DNA of 64,000 nucleotides, from IMG/VR virus record IMGVR_UViG_3300006802_000087, positions 11,824-75,823 of that record, one strand, 5' to 3'. Both the position numbers and the translations under genes were made by a program. Source of the DNA: a virus. This document shows positions 63,732-64,000 of this stretch, piece by piece (positions within the stretch are counted from its first letter, which is position 1; each line of letters begins with the position of its first letter). The notes under the pieces were generated by a model, which saw nothing but the letters and a program-made list of their open reading frames with translations, was not told where the DNA came from and ran no database searches.

Positions 63732-64000
63732 ATGAAAATTACAAGACGTCAGATAAGACAACTTATCTTACAAGAGGGTTTCCTAGACTTCTTTAAAAGA
63801 GGAGTTTTTCGAGACACCTCTGATCAAGATGAAAAGCAATTAATTACCAATTTAGATGTTGCATACGACGAGGCTGAAAGACAAGGCAGAAAACACAACC
63901 AAAGATACAATGATCAGTGGCCTATATCAGCGATTAAAAGTGCGTATAGCGGCCCATTTGAAATAAAGCATATTTCAGAATTATCGGAAAGTAGTCAACA
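63732..64000 (+). CDS. MKIT-leader protein, truncated by window edge
   Basis: ATG AAA ATT ACA AGA CGT CAG = MKITRRQIRQLILQE, GGAG RBS. Confidence 0.7.
   Translation, partial: MKITRRQIRQLILQEGFLDFFKRGVFRDTSDQDEKQLITNLDVAYDEAERQGRKHNQRYNDQWPISAIKSAYSGPFEIKHISELSESSQ

Noticed and set aside
1-64000. Stop-codon reassignment, retron or DGR
   Set aside because: Known genes are intact in the standard code with TAA, TAG and TGA all used as stops; no reverse transcriptase recognised.

Overview
This window is best read as part of a large, AT-rich dsDNA (jumbo-type) bacteriophage genome. Genes are densely packed and almost all on the + strand. It encodes a tmRNA, four tRNAs, DNA/nucleotide enzymes (ATP-dependent ligase, DinG-like helicase, DEDDh exonuclease, minimal Pol X, two RadA-like ATPases, ThyX, PRPP synthetase, NUDIX) and a cysteine synthase. 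No capsid, terminase or replicative polymerase gene was recognised here, so phage identity rests on gene content and layout. Three layers stand out. (1) About 17 otherwise unrelated proteins share a basic N-terminal leader, M(K/R)IT(R/K)RQL(R/K)xLIxE. Several lie downstream of an ATAATTA box, and I infer they are head-packaged cargo. (2) About 41 copies of an RTGTAA-N17-TATAAT promoter, most between 37.8 and 61 kb, drive small-gene cassettes with a shared A/C-rich leader and RBS. (3) Four dispersed structured non-coding elements begin with ACTCCGTGGTTGG, which is antisense to that shared leader/RBS. Also present are a CglF/GltF-like gliding-motility homologue (suggesting a Myxococcota/Bdellovibrionota host), a near-perfect Fur box, a long-stem pseudoknot and a GC-rich repeat junction near 61.1 kb. 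All calls were made by eye from motifs; no searches were run.
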